From: a virus
Length of the DNA: 33,565 nt
IMG/VR virus record: IMGVR_UViG_3300003635_000015
Span: 1-33,565 of that record
Reading direction: 5' to 3' (one strand)
A model generated the notes under the pieces. It saw nothing but the letters and a program-made list of their open reading frames with translations, made no database searches and had not been told where the DNA came from. Each line of letters starts with the position of its first letter. The first letter of the stretch is position 1. Position numbers and translations under genes: made by a program. Below, one piece after another: positions 31,530-33,565 of this stretch.

Positions 31530-31852
31530 TCGACGAGTTTATACTTTTCGGTCGCTGGTGCTTTTATATGCGATCGAAACCGAAAGGGTCGGAGGTTAGC
31601 CGATACGACACGTTAAAACAGGTCGAAAAAAGCACCGGTAAAACACCGGCCGGGTTGTTAAATGGTCCTATATTGCGCCAAGAGCACGGCGACGCCTGGG
31701 ACGCATTTAACACCCTGGCCGAACACAGTTACCAAGAAATCGACGCATACGGTCGGTTAACTGGTAATTTCTTGAGTGCCTGGGAGGTTGACGCCATAAT
31801 GACGTTAAGTAGATATATTGGCGAGGACTTATCCCAATGGCCACCGAAGTAG
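31125..31852 (+). CDS. Tail assembly chaperone frameshift product (gpGT-like); -1 shift at 31511-31517
   Basis: The -1 frame is open from 31481 to TAG at 31850-31852. Track ORF 31568-31852 is in exactly that frame. That ORF has no Shine-Dalgarno sequence upstream of its ATG. Confidence 0.65.
31511..31517 (+). other. Slippery heptamer A_AAT_TTT (X_XXY_YYZ) for the -1 frameshift
   Basis: In the G frame the codons are GAA AAT TTT (31509-31517). After a -1 slip the next codon is TAC at 31517 and reading continues into the T frame. Confidence 0.6.
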
Positions 31853-33565
31853 GACAGTTAACCCTTAAAGTCGATACAGGCGACGTCGCACGCGCGACAA
31901 AGCAAATCGACGATATGGGCAATTCCGCAAGGGATACCGCCCAGAAAATCGACAAGGTCGGCCCCTCGACCAAAACAGCAGGCGCCGGAACCCGTGGGCT
32001 GGGCAACGAGGCCCAGAAAGCAGGCAAGCGAATAAACGATTTCGGCGACGAAATCCAGGATGCCAACGCCAAACTTAAAACGATGCCGACCCAAACAAAG
32101 GCGGCAAACGACGCAATGGGTAATTTCGGTCGCAAGGCCGGGATGGCAGGTATTCAGTTCGAGCAGTTGGCGGGCCAGATTGCAATGGGCCAGAACCCAA
32201 TGCAGGCGATCGGCGTACAGGCGGCCGACCTTGGGTTTATCCTGGGCGTGCCTTTGCTGGGCGCCGTCGTCGGTATCGGGTCGGCTATTGCGTCGGTCCT
32301 ATTGCCGAACCTGCTAAAAAGCGAGGACGCATCCGAAACCCTATCGAATGCAATGGAGCGACTTTCGGAGGTTATCGAAAGGACCGAAACCGGGTCGTTC
32401 CAGCTTACCCAGCGATTCGTTACCCTGGCGGAAAAATCCCGCGAGCTTGCGGCGATCGACCTTGCGATCGGTATCGCCCAGGCGACGATCGCATACGAAA
32501 CCGCGACCGAGCAGATACGCGGGCAGCTTGAGGGTATTGTCGGCATGATCGGGCCGACCACCGCAGCGTTTGAGGAAATAAACGACGCGATCCGGGAAAC
32601 CGGCGAGGTGCCCCGCGAGTTGCAGGGGTTCTATAACTGGACCAGAGAAATCGGCGAGGAATTCGGCATTTCACGCGACCAGGCCCTCGACCTGGTACTG
32701 GCGTTTAAGCGATTCCAGGACGGCGTTATCCCATTGGCGGATTTACGTACCGAGGTGCTGCGCCTGGCCGAAAATGGCGATATGTCGCGCGACAGTACGC
32801 GCCAGCTTGTATCGGCGTTCCTGGATAACGTCGTCGCAGCGGGTAACGCGGAACAAGCCCTCGAGGCATTAAACGCGGTCCTAAATAATACCGATACAGC
32901 CCTGCAAACAGCAACGCAGCACGCGGACGGGTTCGCCCAAAGCGTGGCGGGCATGGTTTCGGTGCTCGAGCGACGCGACGCAGCCCTTAAAAATTCCGAG
33001 GAAACCCTGGCGGTGCAGGCAGCGGTCGCACGAGGCGCCAGCGAGGCGGAGGTACAGCGTATCCGCGACCTTTACGCGTCGATCGATGCAGAGGAAGCGC
33101 GCCAGGAAGCGGCCAGGGAGTCCGCCAGGGAGCAAGAGCGGGCCGCCAGGGAAGCGGAACGCACAGCCGAACGCGAAGCCAGGGCAGCCGAAACAAAGGC
33201 CGAGAGGGAAGCCCAGGCGGCCCAAGATTCGATTACCCGCCGAAACCAGGAAGCGCAAAGCGTCGCCGAATCCTTGTTGCGTGAGGAGGAAGCGATCGCG
33301 CTATCGTACGAACGTCGGCGCGAGGCGATCCTAGCCTCGACCCAGCTTACCGAGGAACAGAAAAACGAGCTTATCCGGCGTTTAACCGAGGAATCGAACG
33401 CGGAATTGCTCGAGCTTAACGCGAGTTACTGGGACCAATGGCTTACCAAACAGCAAGAAAGCATGACCACGTTCGACGACGTGGCAGCGGGCGCCCTTAA
33501 TACGTTCAAAACGGCGGCCGGGTCGGCGTTCGAAAGTATTATTTTCGACAGCGAAAGCGCCGAGG
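31837..33565 (+). CDS. Tape measure protein, 5' part (open at the window end, continues at 1-782; about 803 aa in total)
   Basis: The ATG is at 31837 with RBS GAGGA, and I saw no stop through 33565. The ORF track omits it because it is open-ended. It contains GMAGIQFEQLAGQIAMGQNPMQAIGVQAADLGFILGVPLLGAVVGIG and a long Ala/Arg/Glu coiled-coil region (about 33080-33240). Confidence 0.85.
   Translation, partial: MATEVGQLTLKVDTGDVARATKQIDDMGNSARDTAQKIDKVGPSTKTAGAGTRGLGNEAQKAGKRINDFGDEIQDANAKLKTMPTQTKAANDAMGNFGRKAGMAGIQFEQLAGQIAMGQNPMQAIGVQAADLGFILGVPLLGAVVGIGSAIASVLLPNLLKSEDASETLSNAMERLSEVIERTETGSFQLTQRFVTLAEKSRELAAIDLAIGIAQATIAYETATEQIRGQLEGIVGMIGPTTAAFEEINDAIRETGEVPRELQGFYNWTREIGEEFGISRDQALDLVLAFKRFQDGVIPLADLRTEVLRLAENGDMSRDSTRQLVSAFLDNVVAAGNAEQALEALNAVLNNTDTALQTATQHADGFAQSVAGMVSVLERRDAALKNSEETLAVQAAVARGASEAEVQRIRDLYASIDAEEARQEAARESAREQERAAREAERTAEREARAAETKAEREAQAAQDSITRRNQEAQSVAESLLREEEAIALSYERRREAILASTQLTEEQKNELIRRLTEESNAELLELNASYWDQWLTKQQESMTTFDDVAAGALNTFKTAAGSAFESIIFDSESAE
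33467..33565. repeat. Right copy of the 99-bp exact end overlap
   Basis: Bases 33467-33565 are identical to 1-99 by direct comparison. Confidence 0.95.

Noticed and set aside
31568-31852. The 94-aa ORF as an independently initiated gene
   Set aside because: No Shine-Dalgarno sequence lies upstream of its ATG. Its frame is open from 31481 and is exactly -1 relative to the upstream chaperone gene, which contains a slippery heptamer. I treat it as the T part of a G-T fusion.
1-33565. tRNA, rRNA or other structured RNA genes
   Set aside because: The intergenic gaps are short (mostly under 60 bp). The larger ones (10978-11085, 16372-16495, 20395-20558) show no cloverleaf-like arrangement by eye. 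A tRNAscan or Infernal run would be needed to rule them out.

Overview
The window is a complete tailed-phage genome, siphovirus-like with a lambda-type tail module. The first 99 bases (1-99) are identical to the last 99 (33467-33565), so the unique circle is 33,466 bp. The window was opened inside the tape-measure gene, which reads in frame from 31837 across the junction to 782.

Layout:
- A divergent control region lies at 16372-16495.
- It drives a leftward (minus-strand) recombination/replication operon. This encodes a Sak4-like ATPase, a DUF669-like ssDNA-binding protein, a Cas4-like nuclease, an SF2 helicase, a VRR-NUC nuclease and three micro-ORFs. It ends at a terminator at 10982-11002.
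- It also drives a rightward operon. This encodes a small HTH protein, a Toprim primase fused to a RecA-type helicase, a run of small orphan genes and a MazG-like protein.
- A 150-bp GTAC-core repeat cluster follows at 20395-20545.
- Next comes the packaging, head and tail module. In order it encodes TerS, TerL, portal, a MuF-like protein with a C-terminal HExxH domain, scaffold, major capsid, connectors, the tail tube and a G/G-T chaperone pair with a -1 slippery site.
- The module continues with the tape measure, the M/L/K/J-like tip proteins and an SGNH-esterase tail fibre.
- Three accessory genes and a holin plus M15 endolysin cassette close the late region.

I saw no integrase, repressor, DNA polymerase, tRNA, CRISPR array or reverse transcriptase.

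Most notable observations:
- The GTAC-core iteron cluster upstream of the terminase genes.
- A strong hand-counted excess of CpG, TCGA, CTCGAG and CCWGG across the core genome.
- A lower-GC host-range cassette at about 5200-8727.
- A BTLCP-like cysteine peptidase gene directly after the fibre gene.
- Short coupled ORFs that fall below the ORF-track length cutoff.

All functional calls come from motifs and gene order read by eye. No database search was run.
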